Shown: positions 12,145-23,200 of the stretch, piece by piece
How positions within the stretch are numbered: position 1 is the first letter of the stretch
Layout: each line of letters opens with the position of its first letter
Source: Bryobacterales bacterium
GTDB taxonomy: Bacteria > Acidobacteriota > Terriglobia > Bryobacterales > UBA6623
Direction of reading: 5' to 3'
Length of the DNA: 64,000 nucleotides
Assembly: GCA_963422375.2 (NCBI GenBank)
Contig: OY729428.2
Location: 224,001-288,000, forward strand
Position numbers and translations under genes: made by a program
The notes under the pieces: generated by a model
Database searches by the model: none
The model's input: only the letters and a program-made list of their open reading frames with translations
Told to the model about the DNA's origin: nothing

Positions 12145-12389
12145 AGCTGCTCCGCGACCTCTCGGGCACCTAGGTCGCCCGGCGGCTCGCCCGTCAATAC
12201 GGCAACCGCGTAACTCCGAGCCGGGGCAGCCACACGACCGTAACGCTGACGGCGGGAGGCGACCAGCTTCAGGTGACCGTACCACTGCATCGGGACGTGC
12301 GGATCGGCACGCTGGACCCGACTATCTCCGACGTGGCGGCATTCCTCGGTCTGCCCAAGCAGGCAGTACGCGACACCCTCTTCGGTTGA
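12141..12389 (+). pseudogene. HicA-like toxin with TAG at codon 11
   Basis: Manual translation MKLLRDLSGT*VARRL...RGSH...VTVPLHRDVRIGTL...; stop at 12171-12173. Confidence 0.8.
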
Positions 12390-12393
12390 TGCA

Positions 12394-13239
12394 ATGACCG
12401 CCGGACTCAAGCCGTATCGGGCGTACAAGGACTCCGGGGTGGAGTGGCTGGGGAAGGTGCCGACGCACTGGAGTGTCACGCGGCTGAAGTACTCGCTGGC
12501 CAATATCGTAGAACAGGCAGCCAACCTCTCGCAGGCGGACATCGTCGTCGCCTTGGAGAACGTGGAGAGCTGGACCGGTCGAGTGATGCTCTCAGACTCT
12601 GCCGTGGCGTTCGACAGCCAGTTGAAGCGCTTCCAGGCCGGGGATATCCTGTTCGGCAAGCTTCGCCCCTATCTCGCGAAGGTCGCTCAACTCGCACGTG
12701 GGGGTTCGTGCGTCGGGGAATTCCTGGTCCTTCGACCTCGCCACGGGAACGTCGTAGGACAGTACTTCGAACATCTTCTCCGCTCGAGGCCGATCATTGA
12801 AGCGGTGACAGCTTCGACGTATGGGGCAAAAATGCCCCGCACGGACTGGCAATTCATTGGAGGAATGCCAGTTGTTCACCCTCCGCCCATTGAACAGGCC
12901 GCCATCGTTCGCTTCCTTGACCACGCCGACCGCCGCATCCGGCGGTACATCCGCGCCAAGGAGAAGCTGATTGGGCTTACTGGCGGGGTCGGACTGATCC
13001 AAGAGTTCCGCACGCGCCTGATCGCCGATATGGTCACCGGCAAGCTCGACGTACGCGAGGCAGCCGCGGAGTTGCCGCAGGTCGATCCTCTGGCCATCGT
13101 CGACACGCGGAGCGGTCACGGCGACGCAGCGGACGGGTCGCTTTCCCGGGAAGGGGCCGCCTCGACGGAGATTGGACGCCCAAGAGATTCGGTTAGGGAG
13201 GAGTCCAAGATCAAGCGAGGTCGGAACGTGAGGGTGTGA
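12394..13239 (+). CDS. hsdS: Type I RM specificity subunit HsdS, single TRD
   Basis: YKDSGVEWLGKVPTHW, FGKLRPYLAK, PPIEQAAIVRFLD and RTRLIADMVTGKLDVR; only 281 aa. Confidence 0.9.
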   Translation: MTAGLKPYRAYKDSGVEWLGKVPTHWSVTRLKYSLANIVEQAANLSQADIVVALENVESWTGRVMLSDSAVAFDSQLKRFQAGDILFGKLRPYLAKVAQLARGGSCVGEFLVLRPRHGNVVGQYFEHLLRSRPIIEAVTASTYGAKMPRTDWQFIGGMPVVHPPPIEQAAIVRFLDHADRRIRRYIRAKEKLIGLTGGVGLIQEFRTRLIADMVTGKLDVREAAAELPQVDPLAIVDTRSGHGDAADGSLSREGAASTEIGRPRDSVREESKIKRGRNVRV

Positions 13240-14399
13240 CGGGACGGCGCGTGCGGACGACGTTGCAACCCGCGGTGCTGCGGTGGGCGCGCCAGCGTGC
13301 CGAGCTCGGGACGGAAGCACTCGCGGCCAAGATGGGAGTAAGTCGAGATCGTGTCCTCGAGTGGGAATGGTCCGGAAGGATCAGTATCTCGCAAGCGGAC
13401 AGGCTGGCGCGACGCACCCACACGCCTCTCGGCTATCTCTACTTGCGTCAACCCCCTGACGACGACCTGCCAATACCGGATTTCCGTGCGCCGGAGGTGC
13501 GGCCGCGACGGCCGAGTCCCGATCTGCTCGAGACGGTACATCAGATGGCGCGCCGGCAGGCTTGGATGCGCGACGATTTGCTCGAAGACGGTGCCGATCC
13601 GGTGCCATTCGTCGGTTGTTGCGATCCGAGAGTTCGCCCGGCAGACGCTGCCGCGACGATACGAGAGCATTTGAAGCTGGACCTCGGTTGGGCTGCAACG
13701 CGGCGCACGTGGACGGACGCGCTGCGGCACTTGCGGGAGCGAGCGGAAGCGCACGGCATGCTTGTGGTGATCAACGGCGTCGTGGGCAACAATATGTACC
13801 GCAGGCTTGACCGGAACGAGTTTCAGGGCTTCGCCCTTGTCGACTCCCACGCGCCACCGGTCTTTGTCAACGCTGCGGACTTCAAGGCGGCGCAGATGTT
13901 CACACTGGCGCATGTGCTCGCGCATGTGCTCGTCGACGCCGCCGGCGTCTCAAACCTCGATGTGGCGCGGGCTCCCGGCCATGGTACGGAGCGGTTCTGC
14001 AATGAGGTCGCGGCGGAGTTCCTAGTGCCCGAACAGGAGCTGACGGCACACTGGAGGCGGGGCGACACAGTCGCCGAGTCGCTCCAAGCCCTGGCGAGGC
14101 ACTTCAAGGTGAGTGTCTTGGTCGTCGCGTGGCGAACGTTTCACCTGCGTTTGATCAGACCGGACGAATTCCGGCGATTCTACGACTCCTACCGACGCCA
14201 AGCGGCTCACGGGCCCGACGAGAGGTATGGCGGCAGTTTCTGGAACAGCCAGAACCTTCGCATCGGCCCTCGATTCGGGGCAGCTGTTCGACGCGCCGTG
14301 AAGGAAGGTCGGCTGTCCTATCGAGAAGCATATGCGCTGACGGGATTGCGCGGCGCCGCGTTCGACACCTTCGTACGTCGATTGGAGCAGCCCGCATGA
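13236..14399 (+). CDS. XRE-HTH + ImmA/IrrE family metallopeptidase (HExxH altered to HVLAH)
   Basis: N-terminal HTH (LRWARQRA...PLGYLYL), EFQGFAL, FTLAHVLAH, ERFCNEVAAEFLVP and FKVS motifs. Confidence 0.85.
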   Translation: MTGRRVRTTLQPAVLRWARQRAELGTEALAAKMGVSRDRVLEWEWSGRISISQADRLARRTHTPLGYLYLRQPPDDDLPIPDFRAPEVRPRRPSPDLLETVHQMARRQAWMRDDLLEDGADPVPFVGCCDPRVRPADAAATIREHLKLDLGWAATRRTWTDALRHLRERAEAHGMLVVINGVVGNNMYRRLDRNEFQGFALVDSHAPPVFVNAADFKAAQMFTLAHVLAHVLVDAAGVSNLDVARAPGHGTERFCNEVAAEFLVPEQELTAHWRRGDTVAESLQALARHFKVSVLVVAWRTFHLRLIRPDEFRRFYDSYRRQAAHGPDERYGGSFWNSQNLRIGPRFGAAVRRAVKEGRLSYREAYALTGLRGAAFDTFVRRLEQPA

Positions 14400-14902
14400 A
14401 CAGCGTGTTCGTGCTCGATGCGAATGTCTTCAGCGAGGCGCACAGGCGCTACTATGGGTCGGACCTGTGCCCGGGTTTCTGGAAGTGCTTACGTCACCAC
14501 GGCGAATGGCGGCGCTGGGTGAGCATTGACAGAGTTCGTGACGAGTTGTTGACCGGCGGCGACGCGCTTTCGGCATGAGTGAAGGACGGGCCCAGGGAAT
14601 TGTTCGTGTCGTCCGCCGAGCAAAGGGTAGTCGATGTCTTCAGTGGCATCATGGAGTGGGTTAACGGCAACGGGCAGTTTCGGCCCGATGCGAAGGAACA
14701 GTTTGCGGCGACCGCTGATGGCTGGATAGCGGCGTATGCGAAGGTCCATTCAGCTGTAGTCGTACCGCATGAACAGTACCGCCCGAACGTGAAGCGGCGC
14801 GTGCCGCTCGGCAACGTTTGCGACGCGTTCCACGTAGTCGCCCAGGATACGTTTGAGATGCTGCCTGAACTCGACGTTTGTTTCGACTGGAGGAACGGTT
14901 GA
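14396..14902 (+). pseudogene. DUF4411 (PIN-like) protein with TGA at 14576-14578
   Basis: FVLDANVFSEAHRRYY...CPGFW...ADGWIAAYAK...VPLGNVC; in-frame stop where Trp is expected. Confidence 0.8.
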
Positions 14903-17900
14903 GCACACGGGGCGAAGCAGCGCACCGTGTCACCGACACCTCCGAGCGCGGCTTGGAACGGCTGATCTGCATCGCGCTGGCCGGTCATCCCTGCGACCCG
15001 CCGACGAGAGGTAGAGCGACGGAGCCGACGGCCAAGCACGGCGGTGTCGGCTGGCTCGGCGGCGACCCTCGCGACTACGACCGCGAGTTCTGCGTCGATC
15101 TCGCCCAGCTCGCCGCGTTCCTGCTCCGTACGCAGCCCGAGGCCACCGACGCGCTGGCGCTGGACGGGGACGGCCCGACGCGGCGCAAGTTCCTTGCTCG
15201 GCTGCGGGGCGAGATTTCGAAGCGCGGCACCATCGACGTGCTGCGCCACGGCATCCGGCACGGCGCGCACGCCCTGGACCTGTTCTACGGCACGCCGTCG
15301 GCGGGGAATCCGCAGGCGCGGGAACGCTTCGCGCAGAACTGCTTCACCGTCGTGCGGCAGCTCCGCTACAGCCTCGACGTCACGCAGCGGGCGCTGGACA
15401 TCGGCCTGTTCGTCAACGGCCTGCCGGTCTTCACCTTCGAGCTGAAGAACCGCCTGACCAAGCAGACGGTGGACGATGCGGTCTGGCAGTACAAGAAGGA
15501 CCGCAACCCGCGCGAGAAGCTGTTCGAGCTGGGGCGCTGCGTGGCCCATTTCGCGGTGGACGAGAGCGAAGCACGCTTCTGCACGCACCTGCGGGGGAAG
15601 GCGTCGTGGTTCCTGCCGTTCAACCAAGGCTGGAACGACGGCGCCGGCAATCCTCCCAACCCGGGCGGCATCAAGACCGACTACCTGTGGCGCGAGGTGC
15701 TGACCCGCGAGAGCCTGACGAACATTCTGGAGAACTACGCGCAGGTAGTGGAGGCAAAGGACGCCAAGACCGGCCGGAAGCAGCGGAAGCAGGTCTGGCC
15801 CCGCTACCACCAGCTCGATGTCGTGCGCCGGCTGCTGATCGACGTCGCGGCGCGCGGGGCGGGCCGGCGCTACCTGATCCAGCACTCGGCGGGCAGCGGC
15901 AAGAGCAACTCCATCGCCTGGCTGGCGCACCAGCTCATCGGCCTGACGAAGGATGGCGCTCCGGTCTTCGACTCGATCATCGTCGTCACCGATCGACTTG
16001 TCCTCGACCGGCAGATCGGCGACACCATCAAGCAGTACGCTCAGGTCGGCGCGACCGTGGGACGCGCTCGGCAGTCCGGAGGCCTGCGACGGTTCATAGA
16101 GGAGGGCAAGAAGATCATCATCTCGACTGTCCAGAAGTTTCCCTTCATCCTCGACGAGATCGGCAACGAGCAGCGGCGGCGGCGCTTCGCCGTCATCATC
16201 GACGAGGCGCACTCCAGCCAAGGCGGCCGAGCGTCGGCGTCCGTCTCGGCCGCGCTCGGGACGGCGGGCCAGCAAGCCGAGGACGAGACCTTCGAGGATC
16301 GGATCAACCGCGTGATGGCGTCGCGCAAGCTGCTCCCCAACGCCAGCTACTTCGCGTTCACCGCCACCCCGAAGAACAAGACGCTGGAGATCTTCGGCTC
16401 ACCCGACCGGCAGTCGGACGGCGCCGTCCGCCACCACGCCTTCCACAGCTACACCATGAAGCAGGCCATCCAGGAGGGCTTCATCCTGGACGTGCTGGCA
16501 CAGTACACGCCGGTGTCCAGCTACTACCGACTCGCCAAGACGGTGGGATGGGACCCGAAGTTCGACGTCAAGAAGGCGCAGAAGAAGCTGCGGCGCTTCG
16601 TCGAGGGCCACGGCCACGCGATCCGCCTGAAGGCGGAGATCATGGTCGACCACTTCCACGAGAAGGTCATCGAGAGAAACAAGATCGGCGGCGAAGCGCG
16701 TGCGATGGTGGTCACCAACGGTATCGAGCTCGCGATCCAGTACTTCCACGCCATCCGCGACTACCTGCACGAGCGCAAGAGCCCGTACCGAGCCATCGTT
16801 GCCTTCTCCGGCGAGCCCGAGTTCGGCGGCCAGAAGGTGACCGAGGCATCGGTGAACGGCTTTCCGGCCGGTCGGATCGCCGAGAAGATTCAAGAGCATC
16901 CGTACCGTTTCCTCGTCTGCGCCGACAAGTTCCAGACCGGCTACGACGAGCCCTTGCTGCACACGATGTACGTGGACAAGACGCTGTCCGGCATCAAGGC
17001 GGTGCAGACGCTGTCGCGTCTCAACCGGGCGCACCCGAAGAAGCACGATGTCTTCGTGCTGGACTTTCTCAACGACTCCGACACCATCCGCGACGCCTTC
17101 GCGGACTTCTACCGCGCGACGATCCTCGCCCGCGAGACGGACCCCGACAAGCTGCACGACCTGCAGGCCGACCTCGATGCCGCCCAAGTCTACTCGCCCG
17201 AACAGGTTGACGACTTCGTCCGGCGTTATCTCGACGGGGCTGATCGCGATCAACTCGATCCCGTCCTCGACGACTGCGTAGCGGTCTATGTGCGCGAGCT
17301 GGACGAAGACGCGCAGGTGGACTTCAAGGGCAAGGCCAAGGCCTTCGTGCGGACCTACGGCTTCCTGTCGTGCGTCCTGCCGTACACGAACGCAGAGTGG
17401 GAACAGCGCTCGATCTTCCTGAACTTCCTGATCCCGAGGCTGCCCGCCCCGAACGAGGAGGATTTGTCCAAGGGCATTCTCGACGCAATCGACATGGACA
17501 GCTACCGCGTCGAGAAGCGAGCCGTCCAACAGATCCAGCTGCCCGACGCCGACGCTGAGGTTGATCCCGCGTCGGCCAGCGGCGGCCGCGCGTCGGAACC
17601 GGAACTGGACCGGCTCTCGAATATCCTCCAAGCGTTCAACGACCTGTTCGGCGACATCGCGTGGGAGGATCGCGACCGCGTGGGGCAGATGATCTGCGAG
17701 GCCATCCCAGCTAAGGTGGCGGCGGACACCGCCTTCCGGAACGCTCGAGAGAACAGCGACGACGCCAACACCCGCATCGAGCACGACAGGGTGCTTGAGC
17801 GGATCGTCACCGGCATGGTGAAGGACGACGCCGAACTGTTCAAGCAATTCTTCGACAACGAGGATTTCCGGCGGTGGATGACCGCCACGGTATTCGAGCG

Positions 17901-17928
17901 ATCCTGCGCGCAAACGCAAGGGCCGTGA
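14899..17928 (+). CDS. hsdR: Type I RM endonuclease HsdR
   Basis: D...ELK nuclease motif, HSAGSGKS, IIDEAH, FTATP, TGYDEP and QTLSRLNR; TTG start overlaps the DUF4411 stop, with ggagga RBS. Confidence 0.93.
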   Translation: MSTRGEAAHRVTDTSERGLERLICIALAGHPCDPPTRGRATEPTAKHGGVGWLGGDPRDYDREFCVDLAQLAAFLLRTQPEATDALALDGDGPTRRKFLARLRGEISKRGTIDVLRHGIRHGAHALDLFYGTPSAGNPQARERFAQNCFTVVRQLRYSLDVTQRALDIGLFVNGLPVFTFELKNRLTKQTVDDAVWQYKKDRNPREKLFELGRCVAHFAVDESEARFCTHLRGKASWFLPFNQGWNDGAGNPPNPGGIKTDYLWREVLTRESLTNILENYAQVVEAKDAKTGRKQRKQVWPRYHQLDVVRRLLIDVAARGAGRRYLIQHSAGSGKSNSIAWLAHQLIGLTKDGAPVFDSIIVVTDRLVLDRQIGDTIKQYAQVGATVGRARQSGGLRRFIEEGKKIIISTVQKFPFILDEIGNEQRRRRFAVIIDEAHSSQGGRASASVSAALGTAGQQAEDETFEDRINRVMASRKLLPNASYFAFTATPKNKTLEIFGSPDRQSDGAVRHHAFHSYTMKQAIQEGFILDVLAQYTPVSSYYRLAKTVGWDPKFDVKKAQKKLRRFVEGHGHAIRLKAEIMVDHFHEKVIERNKIGGEARAMVVTNGIELAIQYFHAIRDYLHERKSPYRAIVAFSGEPEFGGQKVTEASVNGFPAGRIAEKIQEHPYRFLVCADKFQTGYDEPLLHTMYVDKTLSGIKAVQTLSRLNRAHPKKHDVFVLDFLNDSDTIRDAFADFYRATILARETDPDKLHDLQADLDAAQVYSPEQVDDFVRRYLDGADRDQLDPVLDDCVAVYVRELDEDAQVDFKGKAKAFVRTYGFLSCVLPYTNAEWEQRSIFLNFLIPRLPAPNEEDLSKGILDAIDMDSYRVEKRAVQQIQLPDADAEVDPASASGGRASEPELDRLSNILQAFNDLFGDIAWEDRDRVGQMICEAIPAKVAADTAFRNARENSDDANTRIEHDRVLERIVTGMVKDDAELFKQFFDNEDFRRWMTATVFERSCAQTQGP

Positions 17929-18423
17929 GCTGCAAGCTCGGCGACGCGGCGCCGGGCTGTGGTGATCCGGCCGCAGGGACCGGGCGGGGCGCTACGGTGC
18001 CGACGAGCGAGTGCTCCCGGGGGACGTAGTGCTCGAGCAACGCTGGCTGTGTGGTCCTTCCCGAAAGGGACAACTGCAACCGGAGGCAGCCCCGGAAGCC
18101 TGAGCGAGCGCGTAACCAGACACGTCCCCCGGGGTCACGAAGCGTCAGTATCGCTCGGGTCCCCCATGTGCCATTCCCTGTACGTGGGAGTGGGTTGCTG
18201 TGTCGGGATCCGATGCACGCAGGATGAGGCATCAAGCGCATCAATTGCGTCGAGCCCTGCCCGTGCTGATCCCCACTGGTGTCGGCTACAGGTCGCGGGC
18301 TTCTCGCGGTCCATAGAAGTCGTCCTACCCGTGATATCGCAAGTGAGGCAGTCACGCAATGTCTGAAAAGATGCATCGCGCAAGGCACCTAGGGCTCGTG
18401 GGGGCTCGGAGCGCTCCCGCCGC

Positions 18424-20139
18424 CTAGCGGCTGCCGGTCTCAGCGGCTGCCGGTCGCGAGACGACTACCGCCCGTCCCGCCGGGACGTCTTCCAGCGTCT
18501 GGGTCTCGCCCGACGGCCAGGTCACGGTCACGCGGTCGGCGCGCTCGAGAGGCCCGAGTCCGAAGTGCAGGCTCGGGGCGTTCGCGGAGAGATAGCTTGC
18601 GGACGAGCGGGCCTCGCGCAGCTGGGTCTTCCCTCCAGCGGTCACGAGCACCCGCGCCCCGATCACCGGACCGTCGCGCAGGAGGACCGTCAGCGAGCGG
18701 TTGTCGCTGCCGCCATCGTTTCGCAGCAGGCTGGGCGGGCCGTCGAGGTTGTTCACGACCGCGTCCAGATCCCCGTCGTTGTCGTAGTCCCCCAGCGCTA
18801 GGCCGCGGCTCTTGTAGCGGCGCACCAAGCCGAGATCCCGGCCTCTCTCCGCGAAGGCTCGTCCCTCCAGGTTCATGAATACGAGCCAGCGCTGCTCGTA
18901 CTCGAGGCCCATCTCGAAGCGGTCGGCCTCGGGATAGAGATGGCCGTTCACGACGAACAGATCCTCCCAAGAATCGTTGTCCAGGTCCCCGAAAGAGACG
19001 CCCCAGCCGACATGCAGGTGCGTGCTCTGCCCGTGACCGGCCGGATCGGTGAGGTTGGTGAAGCTGCCGTCGCCGTTGTTGACGAGCAGCGAATTGCTCT
19101 CGTACGACGAATTCGTGTAGTACAGGTCCAGCCAGCCGTCGTGGTCGATGTCCGCCGAGTCCACGCCCATCGATCCCTCCTCGATCCCGTCCTGGGAGAA
19201 CGCCGCTCCGAGAAGCACGGCCAGATCTTCGAACGAGCCGTCCCCGTTGTTCCGGTAGAGGAAGTTCGCGGTCAGGTCGTTCGCGACGAAGATGTCCGGC
19301 CACGAGTCGTTGTCGTAGTCGGCGACCTGCACGGCCAAGCCGTACAGGCGCTCGTCGTCAATGCCCAGCGCGGGCGCCCGGTCGGCAAACCGGCCCGTTC
19401 CGTCGTTGACGTAGAGCGAGTCGCGCAGGCCCGCGAGGCCGCGAGGCCCGCAGAAGACGGCGAAACCGCGGTAGTTGCAGTTCGCGTCCCGCTGCGGCAG
19501 GCGGTCGAGGGGATAGGCCAGGTAGTTGCTGACATAGAGGTCGAGGTCGCCGTCCCGGTCGAGGTCGGCGAACGCCGCCCCGAGGCTCCACGGCGACGGC
19601 GCGATGCCCGAGCGCCGCGCCAGCTCCTCAAACTTCCCTTCCCCCAAGTTCCGGTAGAGGGCGTTGCTGGCATACCCGGTGAGGAAGAAGTCGGTCCGGC
19701 CGTCGCCGTCGTAGTCCGCGACGGTCACCCCCTGGCCCCAGCCGCGGGCCGTGAGGCCGGCCTCCTCGGTGACGTCCCTGAACCCGCCCGTGCCATCCCC
19801 CCTGTACAGCGCGCACATGAGGTCGCCGCCCTGCTCGAATCCCTCGATCGTCGAGCCGCGCACGAGCAGGACGTCGAGCAGGCCGTCCGCATCGTAATCA
19901 AGGAAAGCGGTCCCGCCTCCCATGACCTCGATGATGTGCTCCTTGCCGGGGCTGCCCTGCAATCCGTCGAAGGAGTCCAGCCCCGACTCCGCGGTCACGT
20001 CGACGAATCGCAGCCCCGCTCCCTCGCTCGCCGCTCCGAGCCCCGTCAGCAGGAGTCCGGCCGTCGCGACTCGCGCGACGCGGCAGCTGTTCCGCCGGGC
20101 TCGGGGCGTGCCCGGCGGGCGGGCAGCTGGAAACAGCAC
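18424..20139 (-). CDS. CRTAC1 family protein (FG-GAP repeats + ASPIC/UnbV)
   Basis: Repeated DYDxDGxxD loops; C-terminal SYLS...LHFGLG...VTWPSG; start uncertain. Confidence 0.9.
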   Translation of the reverse strand: MLFPAARPPGTPRARRNSCRVARVATAGLLLTGLGAASEGAGLRFVDVTAESGLDSFDGLQGSPGKEHIIEVMGGGTAFLDYDADGLLDVLLVRGSTIEGFEQGGDLMCALYRGDGTGGFRDVTEEAGLTARGWGQGVTVADYDGDGRTDFFLTGYASNALYRNLGEGKFEELARRSGIAPSPWSLGAAFADLDRDGDLDLYVSNYLAYPLDRLPQRDANCNYRGFAVFCGPRGLAGLRDSLYVNDGTGRFADRAPALGIDDERLYGLAVQVADYDNDSWPDIFVANDLTANFLYRNNGDGSFEDLAVLLGAAFSQDGIEEGSMGVDSADIDHDGWLDLYYTNSSYESNSLLVNNGDGSFTNLTDPAGHGQSTHLHVGWGVSFGDLDNDSWEDLFVVNGHLYPEADRFEMGLEYEQRWLVFMNLEGRAFAERGRDLGLVRRYKSRGLALGDYDNDGDLDAVVNNLDGPPSLLRNDGGSDNRSLTVLLRDGPVIGARVLVTAGGKTQLREARSSASYLSANAPSLHFGLGPLERADRVTVTWPSGETQTLEDVPAGRAVVVSRPAAAETGSR

Positions 20140-20210
20140 AGAGACTTGTCCGGGGATGGCGGCGCGAGGGCCCTCCGGGGCGCAAGCGCGCCCGCCCCGG
20201 AGGGTCGGGC

Positions 20211-23200
20211 CTAGAACAGCAGCTTCACCCCGAGCTGGATCTGGCGCGCGGCCTGCCCCGCCACCAAGCCGCTGATCACCCCGAACGCCGGCGAATCGAG
20301 ATCGGCGTTGGGATTGCCGAAGTTCACGTTGTCCAACGCATTGAAGTACTCGGAGCGGACCTGCAGTGCCACGGACTCGGCGAGGCGGAAGTTCTTGTAC
20401 AGGCCGAAATCCAGTTGGAACAAGCCGGGACCCGTGACGATGTTCCTGCCCGCCGAGCCGAAGGTGTAGGGGGCGGGCTCGGCGAACGCGCCCTTGCTGA
20501 GGTATTGGTCGGGCGCCCCGCTCGTGCCCGCCAAGGGGTCTCCCGCCAGGTCCGGGCGCTGGGCCTGGACCCGCGGCCCTATGTTGGCGACATCCCTGGG
20601 GATCGTCACGTTGATCGGCGCGCCGCTGTTCGCCGTCATTACGCCGGTGACCTGCCAGCCACCCAGGACCGCATTCGCCAGCCCGCCCATGTTCGCCCCG
20701 AGGGCGCGGTTCCTGCCGATAGGCACCTGCCAGACGTAGTCCGCGGAGAACGTGTGCAGCCGGTGCAGATCAGACAGCGAGCGGTCGCCTTGGGGATCCA
20801 GAGGGTTCTGCGGGCTCTTGCTGGCCGAGAAGCCAGCCCCGAGCGTGTCGATGGTCTTGCCCCACGCGTAGTTCAACCGAAACGAGAGGCCCTCGGCAAA
20901 GCGCTTCTCGGCCTTGAACTGGAGCCCGTGGTAGATCGAATCCGCTTCGTTCGTCATCTCGCTCATCGCGCCGTACTGCGGATACGGTCGCCGCGGGTCG
21001 ACGTCCCCCGGGCCAGGAGACGCCGTGTTGGTGTTGATGAACGAGGACATGTCGGAGCCCTTGGTGCCGACGTAGCCCAGTTCCACCATCAGCGAATCGG
21101 TCAGCTGGCGCTGCACGTGCAGGTTCCACTGCTGGGTGTAGCTGACCCTGTTGTTGCGGTTCACGATGTGCTGGGCGCGCGGCGCCACCGTGCTGCCCTT
21201 CTCGATGTCCAGCTGCGGGCTGAATGTCGTCTCGACGAACGAGAAGTCCGTGCGCTCGTTGAGGTTCGAGAGGGTCTCGCTGATGGCGAACGGCCAGTTG
21301 CCGCGGATGCCCTGGGCCTCCCACAAGTAGTTGGACATGTAGAACACGCCGTACCCGGCGCGGATGGTGGACTTGTCCCCGATGCGGTACGCCAGGCCGA
21401 AGCGCGGGGCGAAGTTGTTGTAGTCGGGCTCCACGATGCCGCGGCGCGCGTTGGGAGGCTCGCCGGTCACCGGGTTCACACCGTCCCAGAGGAACTCTCC
21501 GGTGTCGATGTCGATCGACGCCAGCAGGTCGTCGCGATGCTTGGGGTACTCGATCAGGTCGTAGCGCAGGCCGAGGTTTAGGGTGAGACGCGACGTGACC
21601 TTCCAGTCGTCCTGGAAATAGAAGCCGTAGTCCTCCTTGCGCATGATCGCGGTCGTCCCGCGGCCGATGTTGCGCTGCGCCACGTTGGGCATGCCCAGAA
21701 GGTAGGCGGCGACGGCGTTGCCCGTGTTCTCGGCGTTCTGGGGATCCTCGGTCGGGCGCTTGTTGAAGGTCATGTTGCCGGTGAAGTACCCGTCGTCCAA
21801 GTTGCGGTTGTGCTTGAACTCGAACCCGGCCTTGATGCTGTGGTTCCCGACGATCTTCGTGACGCTCGAAATGACGCTGTAGGTGTCATCGGGGAACGGG
21901 AACCCCGTCTGGCTCGGATTCGCGAAGCCGGCGATCCCCCACTGCGGATAGAGCGGCACGGCCTCGCTCTTGAGGATCGGAATGCCCTGGATGTTGTTGC
22001 CGTTGATGAAGTTGGCGATGCCCTCGACGCCGCCGGGCGCGCTGTCGGCAATTTGCAGGTTGTTGCGGTGGTAGGCCAGCTTGACGTCGAGGATGGTCGT
22101 CGGGCTGAGCGTGTGGGTGTCGCTCACCATGATGTTGGTGAAGGTGTTGACGAGGTTGTTGTCGATCGCGAGGTGCGCCGTGGGGCGCGGGCTGACCGAG
22201 TCGGTCAGGTTGTAGCGGCCGGTGAGGATGTTCTTGTCGCTGATCCGGTGGTCGACCTTGCCCATCCATTGGTTGTTGTCGATGCGGGCCGCCTTGGTGT
22301 TCAGCAGGTTCTGCGTCTGCCCCGGCCGGTTCGGGGCGGACCAGAGGATGTCGACCAGCTGCGACGTGGCGGCGTTGATCCGGCTCGCGGGCACCCTGTT
22401 GTCCGCGAGGGGGCTGCGAGTCAGCGACCCGTCGGCGAGCTCGACCGTGGTCAGCGGATCGAAAACCTGCGCAGCCGCGTTCCCGACGAGGTCCGAGGAG
22501 AGGTCGCCGCCGAACATCTCCCGCGTGGGCACGACGTTCAGCAGCGTGGACTCGCGGCTGCGCCGCTGGCCCTCGTACATGAAGAAGAAGAAGGTCTGGT
22601 TGCGTACGATCGGTCCGCCGACGGTCGCGCCGAACTGGTTCTGCCGGAATTCCGGCTTCTCGGCGCCCGACTTCTTGGCGAAGTAGTCCACCGAGTCGAA
22701 GTTGTCGTTGCGCACGAACTCGAAGGCCGAGCCATGGAACTGGTTGGTGCCGGACTTGGTGACCACGTTGACGTTGGCCCCCGCGGCCGTGCCGAACTCC
22801 GCCGAGGTGATGTTGGTCTGGATGCGGAATTCCTGGATCGCGTCGATCGAGGGCTGCACTCCGAAGGTCTTGAAGAACGACTCGTTGTTGTTGACTCCGT
22901 CCAGGGTGTAGTTGTTCGCCTCGCTGCGCAGACCGCTGACCGAGACCGCGGTGCCGCTCGTCTGGAAGCTGGTGAGCGCGCCGGCGCCGGCCACGGCCCC
23001 GGGCATGAGAATCGTCAGCTGCGTGAAGCTGCGCCCGTTGAGAGGCAGCTCGACTACCTTCTGGTTGTCCACGGTGGAGGCGACCGTCGAGCTGTCGGTC
23101 TGGAGCTGCGGGAGGGCCGCGGTGACCTCGATAGTCTCGGTCACCTGTCCGACCCTCATGGCGAGGTCGACCCGCAGAGTCTGGTTGACCTCGAGCCGCA

